A stretch of DNA of 64,000 bases from Malacoraja senta (lineage: Eukaryota): positions 1 to 64,000 of the forward strand of contig JAXLNO010000313.1 in the NCBI GenBank assembly GCA_038087875.1, read 5' to 3'. Of the stretch, positions 23,836 to 37,904 are shown piece by piece. The translations under genes were made by a program, and so were the position numbers. The notes beneath the pieces were generated by a model. It had not been told where the DNA came from. It worked only from the letters and a program-made list of their open reading frames with translations, and ran no database searches. How positions within the stretch are numbered: position 1 is the first letter of the stretch; the number at the start of each line of letters is the position of its first letter.

Positions 23836-24987
23836 TCACTCTGTGTGCACACAGAGAGTGACTCCGTTGTAGCATTTCCAGAAGTAGCTTTCCCATGGGA
23901 AGTTATACATGCATTGGACCCCTTTGTACCGGCGGATAGCCTGGACCAAGTGCCCGGGCAGTTTACTTTTGAGGAATGTCACCACTTCCGTGGCATTATG
24001 GCAATCATTGAATTTTTTATCCATGTACATCAGTACCGTGTTACGATCAACTTTGGTTTCGGCCTTGCTGTAGGAGATGACACAGTTGATGCCGTTGGTT
24101 CGGTAGAAGTAGAAAAAGTTTTCACCCTTTGTGTTGTGATTTTCGTAGCCGCCCACCTCGTCGTACACAACCACCGACCAACGAAGCCAGTCGTATTTCT
24201 TTGCCAGCTCAGTGTGATATGCCATGACTTGTGCCGTGTGAGAGGTTTCTTTATTGGCTTTGATCATCGCCTCCACGTCGATCTTTGCCTGCTCCAGAAA
24301 CTCGGCGACGCAGCGATCCACCATGGTCTTCATCTTCTTCTCCACCTTGCTTATTTTCTCATCCCACTCCTTCTTGATACTGTCTACGTCGTTACCCGTG
24401 ATGGTGGTCTGACCCAGGAGGGCGACTAGGCCGATGCAGAAGAGCGTCTTCAGCCGGGCGCACATCTGCTCCATCACCCGCCGGTTCTTCTGGCTGTAGG
24501 ACATGGCTGTCTCCAGGATAGGGACCCCGAACAGGAAGTTAGAGCCCATGATCCCTTCGTAGAGGGTGTGAAGGTTCTGGTCGCCGTTGGTGCTGTTGAA
24601 GTGAGTCAGGAATTCGTCTTTCTCCAAATCCTTGCAATCGGATCTGGCACTGATGATCTCCATGTACTTTCTGAACTGGTTTTTCAGATTCATCTCCGTC
24701 GGGAAGTACAAGCTGCTCGACGTGCTTTTCTCCACCTGTCGCAGCACGTTTCCCAGTTCATCCGAGATCACGTCCAGCTTGTTCCTGACTGCCGTGAACT
24801 GTTCCTTCATGTAAGCTAACTCCTCACTGTCCTGGCCACCCATGGCCAGTCCGAGGAGCAGTCCGGCCACGCCGGCGATGGGCCCGAGTACTCCGGCCAT
24901 CGAGGCAAACTTCTCTAGGCTGGCAAACACCTCCATTGCCGCCCCCATATCGGCCATAGCACTCGTCAGCTCAATGGCATCGCCCAT
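23836..24987 (-). CDS. Rapunzel-like protein, second copy, translation identical to 2073-3224
   Basis: Mirror ORF; translation from MGDAIELT to LCVHTE is identical in the ORF track. Confidence 0.85.
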   Translation of the reverse strand: MGDAIELTSAMADMGAAMEVFASLEKFASMAGVLGPIAGVAGLLLGLAMGGQDSEELAYMKEQFTAVRNKLDVISDELGNVLRQVEKSTSSSLYFPTEMNLKNQFRKYMEIISARSDCKDLEKDEFLTHFNSTNGDQNLHTLYEGIMGSNFLFGVPILETAMSYSQKNRRVMEQMCARLKTLFCIGLVALLGQTTITGNDVDSIKKEWDEKISKVEKKMKTMVDRCVAEFLEQAKIDVEAMIKANKETSHTAQVMAYHTELAKKYDWLRWSVVVYDEVGGYENHNTKGENFFYFYRTNGINCVISYSKAETKVDRNTVLMYMDKKFNDCHNATEVVTFLKSKLPGHLVQAIRRYKGVQCMYNFPWESYFWKCYNGVTLCVHTE

Positions 24988-25023
24988 GATGTCGTGGATG
25001 TGATGGGTTCTCTTTACTGGGCG

Positions 25024-25398
25024 CTGTAGGGGGGAAATTAAGGTGGTGATCACCCCCCAGCAAAGCGGAGCAGTGAGGAATGGAAGATGGGAGGTTTGCG
25101 AGAGAGGTGGGGGTGAGGGAATAGCAGAGAAGCGGTTGGAGGGGGCAGTTAAAAATAGGCGTTGAGTCATCTATTGGTGGGGAGTGGACTGAAAGAGTCG
25201 GGGATGGGATTGTGAGACATGCGGGCCCGCGAGAGTGAGAGAGAGAGTCAGAGTGGGGGGAGACGGGTAGGGGCATGGGAAGGGGGTAGTTGGGGTAGGG
25301 CGGCAGGGGGACTGAAGTAAGACACGGCCGTACGGTACCCAGTCCTGCGGAGAGTTACCTTCAACATTACTTCGCTCGACCGCGGAGGCTGGACTTAC
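25024..25398 (-). other. Putative 5'-UTR intron of the second rapunzel-like copy
   Basis: Mirror of 1662-2036 with donor and acceptor retained. Confidence 0.55.
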
Positions 25399-27409
25399 CC
25401 TCCCTGGAGTGGGAGCAATTGCTGGCGGTTCTGGACACCAGCTTGTAAACTAACTCTTATTTGTTGACAACCGGGCGCCCCACCACCACCACCACACCCC
25501 GCACTGTGAACGGAGACGGACGGAGTGGATAGAGCCGTGGAGAGGGGAAGATTTAATGGGAATCTGATGGCCAACGTTTAATGGGAATCTGATGGCAACG
25601 TTTTTTTGAGTGTGGAGGGTGTATGGAATGAGCTGCCGGTGGAGGTCGTTGAGGCTGTTTTATCACACCGTTTAAAAACCATCGGACAGAAATATGGGTA
25701 TGATTGTTTTAGGGAGATATGTGTCAAACGCAAGCAGATGGGCAATCTTGGTCTGCATGAGCAAGTTGTGTCGAAGGGCGTATTTACACGTGGATGCGGT
25801 GGGTTTTCTTTACTGGGCGCTGTAGAGGAGAAAATGAAGGTGGGAGCAACCCCAGCAAAGATGAACAGTGAGGAATCGAGAGGACGTTTGCGGGAGAGGT
25901 GGGTTGAGGGGATAAAATATAACAAGTTAGAGGGGGAGTGGAAAAGAGGCGGGGGGCAACTATTGGTGGGAAGGGGACTGAACGATTCGGGGATGGGATT
26001 GGGAGACAGGAAGGTCCGCGGGAGTGAGAGAGGCGGGGGGTCGTGTAGGAACATGCGAGGGGGGAATTGAGGGGGAGCGGCAAGCGGGGGTGAGGAAAGA
26101 CACGGCCGTGCGGCACCCAATCCTGCGGAGAGTTACCTTCAAAATTACTTCGCTCGTCCGCGGTTGAAGGACTTACCCCTCCCTGGAACGGGAGGAAATG
26201 CAGGCGGGTTCTGGATATAATCTTCAAAATGAAGTCATATATGTTCACCCCCACCCCAACCCCCACCCTACCGCACCCCCACACCGGCCCCGCCCCCCAA
26301 CGCCAGCACCACCACCACCCGTGCTGTACCCGTGCTGTGAACACAGGGAGTGTCAGCTGTGTTCACTGTGCTGTGCCCGGTGTGTCCCGTCCAGACAATG
26401 TCGCCAGTTGTGCTTCCTTCTACCTGACGCTGAACTTTATTGAACACGCTGCCCCCAACAATGCATTTGCACCGACTTTGATCACCGAGTCGGGATGGGT
26501 ACCAAATGCAGTGCGGCGGGGGGGGGGGGTTCAGGTGGGGGGAGGCGGATGGGGTGGGGTGGGTAGGGCGCGGGGTGCGGGAGACGAACGGAGTGGATTG
26601 AGCCGTGAAGAGGGGAAGATTTAATGTTGACCTGATGGCCAACGTTTTTTACACAGAGGGTGGTGGGTGTAAGGAATGAGCTGCCAGTGGAGGTAGTTGA
26701 GGCTGGTATTATCGCAACGTTTAAAAAACATCTAACAGAAACATGGGTATGATTGTTTAGGGAAGATATGGGTCAAACGCCAGCAGATGGGCAATCTTGT
26801 TCTGCATGAGCAAATTGGACCGAAGGACGTGTTTCCACCTGGATGTGGTGGGTTCTCATTACTGGGCGCTGTACAGGGGGAAATTAGCAAAATGTTCCAC
26901 TTTGCTGGGAGCACCCCCAGCAAAGGGGAACAGTGAGGAAGGGAGAGGACGATTGCGACAGAGGTGGGGGTGAGTGGATTGAAGATGAGCGGTTGGAGCG
27001 GGGAGTGAAAAAGTGGCGGGAGGAGCAACTATGGTGGGGAGGGGACTCAAAGTGTCGGGGATGGGATTGGGAGGACAGGAGAGTCCGCGACATTGAGAGA
27101 CATGGGTGGGGGGGGAGGTTGAGGGGGCGACAGGGGGAGTGAAGATCGACACGGCCGTGCGGCACCCAGTCCCTAGGAGAGTGACCTTCAAGAACTCTCG
27201 GTGTGTCCTGTCCAGACAATGTCGCCAGTTGTGCTTCCTTTTACGTGACGCTGTGCTTCATTGAACAGGCTGCCCCCAACAATGCATTTGTGCGGAGTTT
27301 GACCACAGAGTCGGGAGGGGGACCAAATACAGTGCGGCGGAGGGGTTTATGCTGGGGGGGGGGGCGTTGGCGGGACGTGGGGTGGAGGGACGGAGGGAGT
27401 AGATAGAGC

Positions 27410-28860
27410 CGTGAAGGGGGGAAGATTTAATGGGAACCAGACGGGCAACATTTTTTACACAGAGGGTGGTGGGTGTATTGAATGAGCTGCCGGACCACGT
27501 CAGTGGCTGATATTATAGCGTTTAAAATATCTGACAGATAAAAGATATGATTGTTTTGGGGGAAAATGGGTCAAACGCAAGCAGATAATCAATCTTGGTC
27601 TGTGTGAGCAAGTTGGGCCGAAGGGCATGCTTCCATGTTGTATGATTCTTTATGGCGTGGGGAGTGGAGAGAGACGGGGGAGTTGTTGAGGGTATAGACA
27701 AGTTTACGAAGGTGTTGTTAGGACTTGAGGATCTGTGCTACAGAGAGAGGTTATCTGAGCGCAGGAAGATGAAAGATAATCTTATAGAGATGTAGAAAAT
27801 CACGAGAGGAATTGATCGGGGAGAGGCACAGTATATTTCCCAGAGTAGTGGAATCGAGAACCACAGGGCAAACTCTGTTTAAGGTGAAGCAGGGTGGGGG
27901 GAGAATGAATAGGAATCTGAGTACGGGACGCGTTGCAGGGGAAGTAGTTGAGCCAGGGGACTATTGCAATATTTAAGAAACAATTAGACAGCTACATTAG
28001 GCGGCATATGGGCCGAACGCTGGCAGGTGGTACTAGTGCAGATTAGACATGTTGGCCGGTGTGGGAATGTTGGGCCGAAGTGCTGTTTCCACGCTGTATT
28101 CCTCTCTGTATGCGGGAGTGAGCGAGAGATGTGGGGTGTGAGCGAGAGATGGGTTGCTTGGCGATGATTGAGAAGAGGGACTCCGCAGTGCTGGTGCAGG
28201 ATTCCCAAAAAGATAATTTGCAATTCGAATCGGTATTAAGGAAGGCAAAGGCAATGCTATCTTTCATTTCATGAGGGCTGCATTATAAGAACAGGGATAT
28301 AATGCTGAGACTCTGTAAGGCGCTGGGCAGATTTGAGTATTGTGAGCAATTATCGGCACAATATCTGAGGAAGGATGTGCCGTCTCTCCAGAAGGTCCAG
28401 AGATTGTTTCAAGAATGATCTCAGGAATGAGTGGGTTAGCATATGCTGAGTATTCGACGGCAACGTGCTGGAGTATAGAAGGATGAGCGGAGATCTCATT
28501 GAACGTTATCGAACAGTGAAAGACTTGGATTGATTGGAGGTGGAGAATATTTTTCCACGAGTGTGAGAGTCTAGGACAAGTGGCCGGAGCCTCAAATTTA
28601 ATGGACACTCATTTAGGAAGTATATGGTGAGGAATGTCTTAAGTCAGAGGGTGGTGAATCTGTGGAATAGTTTGCCACAGAACGCTGTGGAGGGCAAGTC
28701 AATGGATATTTTAAAGGCAGAGATAGCGATTCAAGATTAGTAGGAATTGGGAGAAGGCATGAGTATTGGATTAAGAGGGAGAGATAGATCAGCCATAATT
28801 GCATGGCGGAGCAGACTTGATGGGCCGAATGACCTAATTTTGCTCCTATCGCTTTAGACT
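27410..28860 (+). mobile_element. Three decayed CR1 3' fragments in tandem (~27410-27650, 27700-28110, 28185-28860)
   Basis: Repeated ttttttacacagagggtggtg / gtggtgaatctgtggaa and gggccgaa tail motifs shared with other CR1s here. Confidence 0.7.
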
Positions 28861-28968
28861 TTATTACCTAAGAGAAGTGAAGAGGGGAAGCTACCGCGGG
28901 AGAGTGGGCGACTGAAGGGGGATTTGACGAGGGACAGGGTGGGAAAGCAAGAGACCGGAGCGGAGTGG

Positions 28969-29980
28969 GCTGTAGTTCTGTCACTGGCCGTGTGCGCGAT
29001 TTTGGCGCCTTTAAGTGGGGGGGGGTACGGGTTTAAAACGCGGGTTTCTCCTACCTTGTCCTGTATTATATTTCGTTAGAGTACAAGCATTTGCTGAAAA
29101 ATCGTTCCTAGGGGCGTTTTGTGAATTTTTAATTTTTATTAAATCGACAATGTCAGCGCTGGAGTCATTTTAAAATTAGCTCCTAAAGCCGTCAACGCCG
29201 ACAACGGGGACGGATTTCACGTACGGGACAGGTAAACGAAAGTGGTTTATTTTAATGTATAAGTGCTTCTTAAGAAGCCTTTAATTCACATTTTTTCATG
29301 GGAAACGGTGATTTTATTCCACGAATTAACGGCAGAATTTTTCATGCCGATACGGGGTTAAATTCACCGCAAATGAACGTTCCAAATGATCGCGTTCCAG
29401 AAATCATCACTCGCAAAATGATTTAAATGCCCATTAATTTACAGGTATTAAACATTCAATTCCTTCCATTTGACCTGTAAATCCATGACAATGAGATTTA
29501 AAAATTATGTTATATTGTGAATTCTTGTGAATGTTATTTGGACACTTAGGCTATTTAAAAATGTTAATCTATTCTTAAGAAATTGATAGATGTTTAGATC
29601 TAGTAATTGAATTTTGTAATTAGCTAGAATTAGGTAACTAACTAATTATATGCTTTAATTTCATGTCTTCTAAGTAAGATTGTTTCATATTTGTTTCAGA
29701 ATGCTTCAATCTATAATAACTGAAAATTTCTTTCAGTTCTCTTAATTTTTAAGAAAGTTATGGGCTTTTGACTGTCCTCGATCACAGCTTTTGTGTTAAG
29801 TCAATGGAAAAGCAATAGGGAACAAGATGCTAATTTCCGAGTATGAAAATGGCCATAACTTTTTTAATACTGAAGATAAGAAAGTGAATTGGGTGTCAAA
29901 TTAAACTTCTTTTATGCTTTATCTGATGGGATAAACTGCAGACTTTATTTTAAAAATCTCAAAATTTTGTAACATTGCTA
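28969..29980. mobile_element. Second copy of the same TIR element, left terminus missing
   Basis: Collinear with 12392-13269, same right end (aaaattttgtaacattgcta), different flanks, extra ~135 bp internally. Confidence 0.85.
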
Positions 29981-32567
29981 AGTTATGGGCGTGGGTAGAG
30001 ACGTATTGGTTCTCTGTACCCCGTTACCCACCCACCCCTCCCTTGCTTGAGCACAGTTAGGGGGGGGGTCGGTTGGGTCGAGAAAGTTGGCATGAGGGTA
30101 AACGGGGGCGGGCTGGATATGACAACGCCAACTAGGAAAGAAATGAGGGGCGGGGAGTGTGGAAAGACGGGGAAGTGGGAGAAAGACTCGCGGGTAAAAA
30201 AAAAACGCGGGAATCTGAGATTAGCTTCAAATCAAACTTATTTGTTCACTATCCCCCTGTACAACCCCCCCTCACCACCCCCCCCCCCCCCCCGCAACGC
30301 TGGGATCACATGGCTAGTCCGAGAAACTTGATATAAAGTACTGGGAAGAGACGTGGGGATGGAGGGAGGGACGATTTGGAGTGGGGAGACTGGTTCGAGT
30401 GGGGCAGAGACAGGAGGACGATGGAGGACGGGGAGTGCGCGAAAGACGGGGAGCGACTGGGTGATTGCGGGTTGGGTGTGGGGAGAGACGGGGTAAACAT
30501 GGTCTGGGTCAGTAGATTATCTTGAAAACAAATGGTCTTTTGTGATTACCACGCCGGGGGGAAAACAGATTCACATGTTCTGTGTAATATTCGTTGCATT
30601 GTTCGCCGTAAGCACGAGAGGGTCGGCTGTTAACAGGGCCGTGGTTTGTAGTTGGCAGAGGCGAGGTGGGAATGATTGAGAGGTGGGGTGTTATCGGCGT
30701 TTCCCAGGGATTGAGAAGGGGTGGGAGATGCTGGGGGAGGGGGAAACGGGGGGAATGGGGAAAGGCGGCGCTACGGAGTCGGGAGGAGAATTAGCACTGG
30801 GTTCTGACACCTCCCCGGAGACGGTGCAAGACAGGGCGCGATTCGAAGATCAACTTCCAAACAAACTCTCTTGTACAATCTAACCCCGCGCGGCAGCAGT
30901 GCACATGATCTGTGCAATTGTTGTTCTCTATCGACGGGAGAGGGGTGTGTGGAATGGGCGGACGACGTGGGGTGTGTACGTGAGACTGGTGCGGTGTGTG
31001 TGAAGGGATGAATGGAGAGTAAAAGGCGGGGGAGTGGGGAGTGACCAGCTAATCGGGGAGCCACTGGGGTTAGTGGACAAGCGGCGGTGAAGGTGCGACG
31101 AGGAGAGCCGTAGGAGTGGGCAGCAACGTGGAGAGTAGAGAGAGACGTGAAGAGAGGGGACATGAGAGAGAGGGCTGTTCCTTTGCAGATACTGTCGGCG
31201 GATGTGCTTCCCTCTGCCTGATACTGAGAAAGCGACGAGCGAGGTGGGGGGGGGTTAGGGGAGGGTGGGAGGGCGGCGGGAGAAAGCGTCGAGCGCAGAA
31301 AGCAAACGACGGAGGGCGGAGAGCGAGAGACGGGTGGTGGAATGAGCAGAGATAGAGAGAAACTGGGAGGGTGCGGAGAGACGGATGGGGAGAATGGGGA
31401 GCGACGGGGTGGGGAGAGCCGGCAGGAGAGGAGAGAAAAATGGGGGAGGGGGAGACAGGGGAGTGGGGAGAGTCGGGGGGGCGGGACGTACCCGGAGGAG
31501 ATTTACCTTCACGAACACTTCCCTCCTTCTCAGGTCACGTTGCTGGAGGTTCACTCGGATGAAACGCTCAGAGAAATTGGGACCGACTTTTATCCATCGG
31601 GATCATCCTCCCTCCCCCAACCAAAATCGTCCACTCCACCTTGCCCCTCCCCAGGGGCGGGACCCATGCGAGCGGGGAACGACGATGAACTTCAAAACGA
31701 ATTATCTTGGACAATCTCCACCCCGGGCGTCATCAGGTTCACATGACCTGTACACTATGCTTCACTTTCTCCCGTTACGCCACCCCCACCCTTCCCAACC
31801 CCGCGCTGTGAACACAGGGGGAGTCTGCTGTGTTCACGGGGCTGTAGCCGGTGTGTCCTGTCCAAAGACTATCGCCAGTTGTGCTTCCTTCCACATGACA
31901 CTGTGAGCTCCATTGAACACATTGTCCCCAACACTGCGCTTGCACCGAGTTTGATCACACAGACTGGAGGAGGAATAAGAGCAGTGGGGAGTGGGGGAAG
32001 ACGGAGACAGAGGGGGATACCGGGATGTGGGGATATGTCGCGTGGGGGGGGGGGGAATGCGTGTGCCGTGGAGAGTTTGGACTGGGTAGTGGGTACGGGC
32101 GCGGGCCGATGATCAGTTTGAAAACAAATTCTCTGTTGCAATCACCTCCCCCCCCCTCACCCTTCTTCTCGCTGTGAGAACAGAGCCAGCTGTGCTCACT
32201 GGGCTGTGGCGGGTACAGGAGTGGGTGCTTGGGGGCTATAAACGGGGTGGGCAGGGGGAGACGCCGCATCTGCGCCCACGATGAGACGTCCTCATTTACA
32301 TCTTGCAATGGCCTTTTCCCTTCATTATCGTTACTCTTTTGTTTATCTTTCATTCATTGTTCTTTATCTCTCCAAATCGCCGTCTATATCTCTCGTTTCC
32401 CTTATCCCAAACCAGTCTGAAGAAGGATCTCGGCCCGAAGCGTCGCTCATCCCATCTCTCCAAAGATGCTGCCTGTCGCGGTGAGTTATTCCAGCGTTTT
32501 GTGTCTATCAGCAGTTTACATTATCTGTACATTACATGTTATATCTCCCACACTAACCCCCCCCAAC

Positions 32568-32706
<139 letters not shown>

Positions 32707-33121
32707 TACACCCGCGCGCCGTGACCACAATTGGCGACAGTCCAGACACTGTCGCCAATTGTGCTACCTTCTACCTGGCTCTGAAGGCATCATTGAACAA
32801 ACACTGTACCCAACACTGCGCTTGCCACCAGATTGATCACACGGGAGGGGGGGACGATATCAGTAGAAAATGGGAGGTGGGAAGTGGAGGAGACGTAAAG
32901 AGGGGGGGGGATAGCGGAATGTAGTGGTAAGACAGAGGGAGTCTGGGATAGACTTGGAGAGAGGGAAGACATGGTGTGGGGCGGCTACAATCAGATGAGA
33001 GAAGGGGAGACGGGGAGCAACAGGGAGTGGAGCTGGGGAGGGAAGGCAGAAAAAAGTGGGACGGGGTCCGTCGATCATCTTCAAAACCAATTGTCTTGCA
33101 CAATCTACATCATACGCTTCA

Positions 33122-33372
33122 ACTCCCCGGGGGAGAGACCGATCACTCCCTGGAGCCGGGACAATAGCAGGCGGATCCGGAGATCAGCTTCAAAACAAAC
33201 ACTTTACAATCGTCACCCTAGGGGACACTAGTTTCACATGATCTCTACATTATTTGTGTTAACCCGGTGTCGCCCGGGAGGAGATTGCAAGTGTTTGCAT
33301 TACAGCTGATCACCGGACCACGCCTGTAATTGTTCCGGCTCCAGGATGTGTCACCACCTGCCCACAGGGAGT
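33122..33372. repeat. Second, diverged copy of the ~250-bp hairpin
   Basis: Collinear with 10210-10458 (gtttcacatgatct..cattatttgtgt.aacc.ggtgtcgcccgggaggagattgcaag). Confidence 0.85.
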
Positions 33373-34512
33373 AGGGAGAGGAGGGGAGTGTGGGAAGGAC
33401 TGGGGAGAGGAGGAATGAGTGACGAAGGGACGGGGGAGAGGAGGAGTGAGTGCGGACGAGACTGGAGAGAAGAGTGAGGGGGAGGGGGGGTTATCTGTAC
33501 ATTACTGTTCTCTCTCCCAGCCTACACCCCACCCCCCGCGCTGCAAACTCAGGGCTCTGGCGGAGCGGGGAGAAAGTGGGGACGGGTAGGGGGCAGGGAA
33601 TGCGGGGGAGGAGTGGGTTGTTGATTATAGAGGCGGAGAGTAGGGAGAGACCGAACAAATGCAGGCGGGGTTCGAAAATCACCTTGAAAACAAATTATCC
33701 GGCACACTCACTCCCTGGGCGACAACACATTTATCTAATCTGTGCATTACATTTTCACTCTCACTCGGTAAACCCCCCCCCCTACCCCTCGCACTCCCCT
33801 TACCCCACCGCCCGCGCAGTGAGCACTTGTAGAGTCAGCTGTGTTCGCGGACTGTGACCCTGTGTGCCTTATCCATACAATGTCGCCAGATGTCCTTTCT
33901 TCTAACTGACACTGAGAGCATCAATTAACACACTGCCCCCAAAACTGATCACACAGCACGGAGGAAGTACGCGAGTAGCCCGGCGGAGGTGGGGGATGGG
34001 GAGAGTGGTGTGGGGAGGGTGTGAGCCGAGGGAGTGGGTAGAGGTGGGGGATGAATTGGAGAATGGTGGGGCTAAACGTGGTAGAAAGTGCTGGGAAGAG
34101 ATGTGGGGACAGCGGGAGAGACGATTGGAAGTTGGGTGACTGGTTAGAGTACAGCACAGAAATGAGGGCGATGGAGGACGGGAAGTGGGCGAGAGACGGG
34201 AAGTGACTGGGTGAATGCCGGTGGGGTGTGGGGAGAGGCGTAGTAAATGTGGACTGGGTTCCGAAGATTATGTTGAAAACAAATGCTCTTTTGCGATCAC
34301 CACGGCGGGGGGAAACTGATTCACAAGTTCTGTACAACACTTGTTCCATCGTTCGCTGTGAGCACAGATAGGGTCATCTGTGGTAACAGGGCCGTGGTTT
34401 GGAGTTGGGAGAGGCGAGCGGGAAATGGTGGAGAGGTCGGGGGTATCGTCGTTTCCCGGGGATTGGGGAGGTTGGTGGGAGCTTCCGGGGGAGGTGGAGA
34501 CGGGGAAATCAT

Positions 34513-35392
34513 GTCAAGTCAGGTCAAGTCACTTTTATTTATATAGCACATTTAAAAAACATCTCTCTTTGGCCAATGTGCTTTACATTGGTGGAGGTAC
34601 TAACGTCATGCAGCAGTGGTCATCGATTAAGTACATACATAAACACATACATATAGCCCTCACTCAGAGAACGTCAAGAAAGGCTTGAGAGTAAAGACGT
34701 GTTTTAAGTCTCGACTTAAAGGAGTCGATGGAGAGGACAGTTTTGATGGGAAGAGGGATGCTGTTGCACAGTCTAGGAGCTGCAACCGCAAAGGCGCGGT
34801 CGCCGCTGAGCTAATGCCAAGACCGCGGGGTGTTCAGTAACCCCAATTCGGCCTATCTTAGGGACCTGGAGGTGGTGTGGTGGGTAAGCAGACTTTTGAT
34901 GTAGGTGGGGGCAATCCCGTTAAGGGTTTTGTAAACATAAAGGAGGATCTTGAATTGTATTCGGAACCGCACAGGGAGCCAGTGGAGAGAGGGCAGGTTC
35001 GGGGTGATATTGTCCCGTTTTCGCGTGCCCGTCAGGTGTTTCGCTGCGGCGTTTTGGACCAGTTGCAGGCGGGACAGGGAAGATTGGCTGATGCAAGTGT
35101 AAAGGGAGTTGCAGTAATCTAGGCGGGATGAGATTAATGTATGGATGATCTTTTCGAGGTCATCAAACTGGAGGAATTGTTTTATTTTAGCTATCGTCCG
35201 AAGCTGAAACAAGCTAGCTTTTACCACGGCATTGACTTGTTTGTCAAATTTCAATGCTGAGTCAAATATCACGCCAACATTTTTCACGTGAGGTTTGAGT
35301 AATGGGGAAAGGCTTCCAAGCCTGCCTGCTATCGTTTTGATTGAGTCCGAGGGGCCTAGAAGGATGACCTCAGACTTAGTTGGAGCAAGTTC
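34513..35392 (-). mobile_element. L2-clade LINE 3' fragment
   Basis: KSEVILLGP, ISSRLDYCNSL, LQLVQNAAA, LHWLPVRFRIQFKILL motifs; (TTGAC)n-like tail at ~34513-34531. Confidence 0.9.
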
Positions 35393-35547
35393 TGGGCCAT
35401 CACACAAATGGGGATAGTCGGCGCTACGCAGTCGGGAGGTGACTTAGCACTGGGATCTCACCCATCACCGGAGACCGAGCAAGTTAGGGCGGTATTGAAA
35501 ACCAACATTCTTATGCAGTCTATACCCCGCGAGACAGCAGATTACAT

Positions 35548-37637
35548 CAGTGTTTCCCAACCTTTTTTAGCTCATGGCCCCCTTCGGATATTTTACTTTT
35601 TCTCCACCCCCCCCCTGACATTAATAGCGGAAAAAAGTACTTCAATATTATAATACCTTCTATAAAAATATCAGTGTCAATTAATTGCACATATATTCTC
35701 TTTTATTCTATTCCACAAACATCAAAAATATTTTGTGGGTTCAATAAAACAAACATTTATATTCATACATTATTTTTCTGATATAGCAGCATAACAAATA
35801 ACTTCCATGGACACCCAGAAAATTAATAACCATTAATAAATAATTACTTTTTTACTTCAAAAAATAAAATCCTTTAGCAAAATAAAAACAAATATAACAT
35901 ATTAACTTTTTACTGTATTTATTCAGTGAGATCCTTGTGGCTGATGAAGTATCGCAAGTTTTTCAATGTCAGGGTCCATGGTTGTTAGAGACAGACGAAG
36001 CTCACCTCTACTTACAATTTCTAAGCGGTTGCGAGCTTTTGACAATGGCTGAGACACTCGGTTAAAACCTGACTCAACTAGGTAAGACGTTGGAAAGGCA
36101 ATGAAATATAATTTAACTTCCTGCCAGAGCAATGGGAATTTCATGGCAATTTCAGTACTTGTCCATAAGTTATTGAGGCCATGTTTAAATTTAGCTTGAG
36201 CAATTTGATTACACTGCAGCTCAATGAGGCTTTCTTGTAGTCTGATATCAACATCAGCTGCATTTGTCTCAAATGGGTCTACCACCCAACCTGGAATGTT
36301 CATTTCCAGGCGATCTTTGAAACTAATTTCCATATCATTGTGCAATATTTTCAAGTGATCAATGTACACTAAAATATCATCCTCATGCAGCTCCTCCTCA
36401 ATTGTGCGAGGGTTGTAAAATGTAACAACTCCTTAAGCCCAATATTAATCCTGAACAGATTAAGTTTGTAGCTATTTGTTCAGCATATTTAGCTTCTCAA
36501 ATATATCTGAAAAGTAGAATATGCCAAATTTGGCAGCTATGATATCTTCTCCAAGCTGATTCCCATTCAGAAATGTTACAACACTCTCCCAAAGTTCAAT
36601 GAAGCGACGCAGGCAGTTACCCTTGGAAAGCCATCTCACCTCTGTTTGCAAAAGTAGGCGTTCAAACTCTTCATTGTTAGCACATAGTTGTCGGAAAAGA
36701 CGGTCTTGAAGTGGATTTCACTTGATAAGATTGACAGCCTTGATTCCACTATCAAGAGCGTCTTTCAGACGTCCTCCCAATTTTTTTGCAATCGAATGTT
36801 GACGATGAACCACGCAGTGTATGCAAACACATTAGGCACAGTCCCTTTTAAATAAACAATGAAGCCCCTGTATCTACCTACCAGAGCAGCGGCACCATCA
36901 GTTGCACAAGCCATTATGTTATCCATTGGAATATTTATTTCTTGGAAATAGGCCAATACTTCTTTGAAAGTAGTTTCATCTTTAGTATCTGTCACAAGAC
37001 TGCGGGCAAAAAGCATTTCCTCTCTGAATTCACTATTATCATCCAAAAACCTAACATATGCCATAAGAAGGGTTTGATTATCACGTAAAGATGATTCGCC
37101 AATTTGTAATGCAAAATTGTTTACTTGTAAAAGTGAAACTAGTTGATTTTGTACATCCTTTGCCATTTCATCAATGCGTCGTGATACTGTATTGTTGCTC
37201 AACGGAATGACCTCCGTAATTTTTAGTGGATTCTGTGGCATGACAGTAGAAATCACCACAGGTACTGCGGGCAAAATCAAATCTTCACCAATAGTATGGG
37301 GTGTTACAGTTTTTGCCATTAGCTTTGAAATTTCATAAGATGCAATTAAACTTTTGTCTAATTTACCCTCTGCTTTGCTAAGTACAGAATTAATGGTGTT
37401 CCTTCCTTGGAAATCATCACGAAGCTTTTAAAAGTAACATAATGATTTGTCTTTCTTATCCTTGTGCTTATTCTCCAGATGTATTTTAAGCTTTCTTGAG
37501 CGCATGCTATCATTAGAAAGTTCTGTCATACATATAAGCCACATTGGCGTTGTTCTATTGTTTGGAGACTGTATAAAACCGTATGCTAAAAACTCGCTTG
37601 AGTATTGTCGACATGTTTTCTTCAACTTATCAGCCAT
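35548..37637 (-). mobile_element. Decayed hAT transposon (Buster/Charlie, ZBED5/SCAND3-like transposase) with one TIR
   Basis: TIR CAGTGTTTCCCAACCTTTTT at 35548. Transposase 37637->35923 in pieces: KKTCRQYS.EFL.YGF plus BED-finger remnant, PHTIGEDLILP, PLSNNTVSRRI, ATDGAAAL.G, EVRWLSKG, IAFPTSYLVESGF. Stops and frameshifts. Confidence 0.9.
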
Positions 37638-37904
37638 GGGTAATCTGCGGAGTACAAATATGTATATGTATACTGTGCTGCAAAATAAAATGGAATTTTG
37701 CAAATTTCTTTGAAAACCTTTTAAAATAAAATAATTATTGAAAATATTAAAAATGCTAATTGTTTGAGCATTCTTATGCAATTTATATTGAACTAAATGG
37801 TATATACTGTACGTATATGTCTTTTCAATAATATATAAAATATAAAAGCTATTGTTGCCAAAAATATATACATATATTTAGAGTGCTTATCAGAAGGCCT
37901 ATGA

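Larger units (their letters stand above)
16919..27450 (-). repeat. Right arm of palindrome 1
   Basis: Reverse complement of 1-10190 with scattered substitutions and indels, including 362 bp present only in this arm (~25537-25898). Confidence 0.95.

Noticed and set aside
35923..37637. Domesticated ZBED5/SCAND3-type host gene
   Set aside because: Multiple stops and frameshifts shared by both copies, plus a retained TIR, indicate a dead transposon.
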